A stretch of 64,000 bases of DNA, from positions 6,093 through 70,092 of the forward strand of contig CALNCH010000036.1 of NCBI GenBank assembly GCA_937875245.1, read 5' to 3'. Within the stretch, counting starts at the first letter, position 1. The number at the start of each line of letters is the position of its first letter. Origin of the DNA: an uncultured Spirochaetaceae bacterium (GTDB lineage Bacteria; Spirochaetota; Spirochaetia; Treponematales; Treponemataceae). This document shows positions 61,874-64,000 of this stretch, piece after piece. Under the pieces are notes generated by a model. It did no database searches. It saw only the letters and a list, made by a program, of their open reading frames with translations, and had not been told where the DNA came from. Made by a program: the position numbers and the translations under genes.

Positions 61874-64000
61874 TAAAGACGGAAAAAGAATTAGATAGGC
61901 TCATACGATATTGTAAGCAAACTAAATATGTCCTGAGGTTTCAAAATCAATTGATGCATATTTAGTTTGAAACCTCAGGACATCCACATCATTCGCCACT
62001 AGGATATCCAACTATATTAGGTGTATCATTTCAACCAGGCTCATCTTGGATAATACCATTAGGACATTTCGATAGTCCATTTTATGACTTTGGGGTAAAA
62101 GAAAGTAAACAACCTTGGTTAAGAATACTTAAGAAATTTTCTAAAGAAGTATTAGAAGATAAATCTATAGTAAAGGTAGCATGGAATTTTAAATTCGAAT
62201 ACACCTGGTTAAAGAAATATGATTGTAAAATCTATGGTAGAGTATTTGATGGGATGTTGGCTAAATACCTTTTAAATGAAGAACGTCCAAATGACCTTAA
62301 ATCACAGGTATCAAAATATATACCTGAATTTGCAGGATATGAGGAGAACTACGAAGGTAGTAAATTACCGTGGGATGAAAAACCACTAGAAGGATTATCA
62401 AAATATTGTGGATTGGATACCGATAACACATTACGATTAATGATATTCTTTGAAAAACAATTAATAAGTAATAAATTTTATCACCTATTCAGAAACATGT
62501 TAATGATGGCATCATATGTATTGGGTGACTCTGAGTTTGAAGGTATTCCAATTGATGTCCCATACTTAGATGGTTTAGTTATTAAGTATCAAGGTTTAAT
62601 TCAAGAATGTGAGGATAAACTAAGAGCTAATAAATATATACGTAAGTTTGAGAAATGGCAATTTAATGAGAGATTAGAAAAGTTAATTACCAAAATTGAA
62701 CTAGAGATAGAAGAAATAGAGGAAGAGATAGAGAACTTAGATGATCCTAAAAAAATTAAAACCAAAAAGAAATCTATACAAACCAGAGAGGATAAAATTG
62801 ATAGATGGAGAGCTGGAGATTTCCTTACAACAAAAGCAGAGCAAGCTTTAAATGACCCCATTAATTTTGGATCACCCGGACAAATGGGAGCTCTATTCTT
62901 TACTTCAGAAAAAGGTTTCAATTTTCCTATTATAAAATACACCACTGATAAATGGAAAAATGAAACAGAAAATCCAAGTACAGATGAAGAGGTATTAATT
63001 GAATTAGAAAAAATTGATAAAACCGGGTTCTGTAAAGAATTATTAGAATACAGGGGATTAACTAAAATGTATTCTACTTTCGTAAAAGGTATTAGAGAAA
63101 AAGTATCATACGGTGAAAGAATACATGGACGATTTAATCTCCATCAAACTGTAACAGGTAGATTATCTTCTAATGATCCTAACTTACAACAAATTCCTCG
63201 GGATACCACATCATCCGATATCAAGAAAATGTTTGTACCACCTAAAGGGTATTTCTTATTACAGCTCGATTATTCTCAGGCTGAATTAAGGGTAATGGCT
63301 GCACAAGCTGGAGAAAAGACAATGATCAAATGGTTCAAAGAAGGAAAAGATATTCATATCATGTCAGCTTTAAAGAAATACCATGTTGAAGATGAATACG
63401 ATAGAATTAAGGAAATCTTGGATAAAGAGGATGAGAATGATCCAGAATTTAAAGTATGGAAAGTTAGGAGAAAGCAAGCTAAGACAATTAACTTCGGTAT
63501 CATCTATGGACAAGGGGCTAATAAGTTAGCTGGATCATTAGGATGTTCAGTTGATGAAGCAAAACAATTCTTAAAAGATTTCGATAAAACATTCCCTAAA
63601 GTAGCGTCATTCGTTAAGAAGCAACATGCTTTAGCAAATGAAAATGCATATGTTAAAAATGTATTCGGAAGAAAGAGAAGACTTTGGGATGTTGATTCAG
63701 ATAATAATGCCTTAGTAGCACAAGCTTTACGCCAATCTGTTAATGCTCCTATTCAAGGGGCAGCTTCTGATTACACATTATTTTCATCTATCTTAATATG
63801 GGAAAAATCATTACATGCTAAAGGCATAAAGTTTGATAAATTAACTAATGATATGTTAAATATTTATTCTAATGATCCTGATGTATTACTTATAGATTTA
63901 CCTCAGGCCTACACTGTACATGATTCACTTGGTTTCTTTATAAAACCAGAAGCAATTCACAACACAGTACCTAAATTATTAAAAATATGTAGTAACCCTG
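61852..64000 (+). CDS. DNA polymerase, family A (3'-5' exo + pol domains), interrupted by in-frame TAG 61963-61965; 3' end outside window
   Basis: Absent from the ORF track because it runs off the window. One frame reads MGSVYRIIKTEKELDRLIRYCKQTKYVLRFQNQLMHI*FETSGHPHH... It continues through WNFKFE (ExoII-like), YCGLD (ExoIII), DYSQAELRV (motif A), RRKQAKTINFGIIYG (motif B) and TVHDS (motif C). Confidence 0.92.
61928..61983. repeat. perfect 18-bp inverted repeat with 20-nt loop inside polA
   Basis: ATGTCCTGAGGTTTCAAA (61928-61945) is the exact reverse complement of TTTGAAACCTCAGGACAT (61966-61983). The loop ATCAATTGATGCATATTTAG contains a 10-nt palindrome and the TAG. Confidence 0.95.

Noticed and set aside
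61928-61983. Group I/II intron, intein or homing-endonuclease insertion in polA
   Set aside because: The extra material is only about 27 nt. That is far too small for an intron core, an intein or an endonuclease gene, and no such ORF lies nearby.
1921-62945. About 35 antisense or alternative-frame track ORFs of 60-175 aa inside larger genes. Examples are 3606-3971, 5340-5615, 27454-27693, 30524-30865, 36715-36978, 37399-37851, 38251-38616, 41672-41977, 41799-42023, 44776-45075, 49822-50262, 51427-51756, 52102-52629, 54627-54887, 55372-55662, 62601-62945, 45821-46036 and 60829-61038
   Set aside because: Each lies fully within a longer ORF that has recognisable motifs or operon context. Their compositions are low-complexity or hydrophobic mirrors of the sense gene. 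None has its own promoter cassette or terminator.
1-64000. Genome-wide TAG reassignment (as in some crAss-like or Lak phages)
   Set aside because: Many well-delimited genes end in TAG, followed by terminators or by the next start (715, 1501, 4857, 5722, 6148, 6975, 40357, 40497). Only two internal TAGs were seen.
1-64000. Lysogeny module (integrase, repressor, excisionase) or defence systems
   Set aside because: I saw no tyrosine or serine recombinase motifs, no CI-like repressor, and no recognisable restriction, toxin or abortive-infection genes in any frame. The GC-rich block at 19.7 kb is flagged only as a possible recombination site.

Overview
This window is a 64-kb slice of an AT-rich tailed dsDNA phage genome. 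The tail is contractile (myovirus type), with a P2/Mu-like tail and baseplate gene order. I found no cellular housekeeping genes, integrase or CRISPR array.

Layout:
1. 1-19.6 kb, + strand: about 55 small, mostly unrecognisable early genes. At least 13 copies of a terminator/promoter cassette cut them into short transcription units. The cassette's -7 box, TATATTTG, fits the Bacteroidota TAnnTTTG consensus, and most start codons lack a Shine-Dalgarno. I infer a Bacteroidota host, probably Flavobacteriia. Recognisable genes are tRNA-Met(CAT), a KTSC-domain protein, a T4 endonuclease V (DenV) homologue, a poly-acidic protein, several Lys-rich proteins and an amber-interrupted MazG-like gene.
2. 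19.8-23.1 kb, - strand: small genes, including a stand-alone NAD-ligase domain-Ia-like protein and a trimeric dUTPase.
3. 23.3-53.2 kb, + strand late module: TerL, portal, protease/scaffold, major capsid, PKD-domain protein, neck proteins, two fibre paralogues, sheath, tube, chaperone, tape measure, LysM protein, gpD/gpV/gpW/gpJ/gpI-like baseplate proteins, holin plus CHAP/NlpC-P60-like endolysin, and a tail fibre.
4. 53.3-53.9 kb, - strand: a lone candidate regulator.
5. 54.1-64.0 kb, + strand replication and nucleotide module: DnaB-like helicase, Zn-finger/TOPRIM primase, SF2 helicase, two tandem thymidylate-synthase-superfamily paralogues, dCMP deaminase and a family-A DNA polymerase that runs off the window.

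Most notable observations:
- The polymerase ORF is broken exactly at its ExoI motif by a 27-nt, TAG-containing insert that forms a perfect 18-bp hairpin.
- A second in-frame TAG replaces a conserved Trp codon in the MazG-like gene.
- The early promoter/terminator cassette defines a regulon.
- A textbook T_TTT_TTC -1 frameshift site lies in the tail chaperone.
- The TS-like pair, dCMP deaminase and dUTPase hint at non-canonical pyrimidine metabolism.
- An unusual non-coding/AT-island/GC-block region lies at 17.8-19.8 kb.

All functional calls come from motif recognition by eye. No database search was run.
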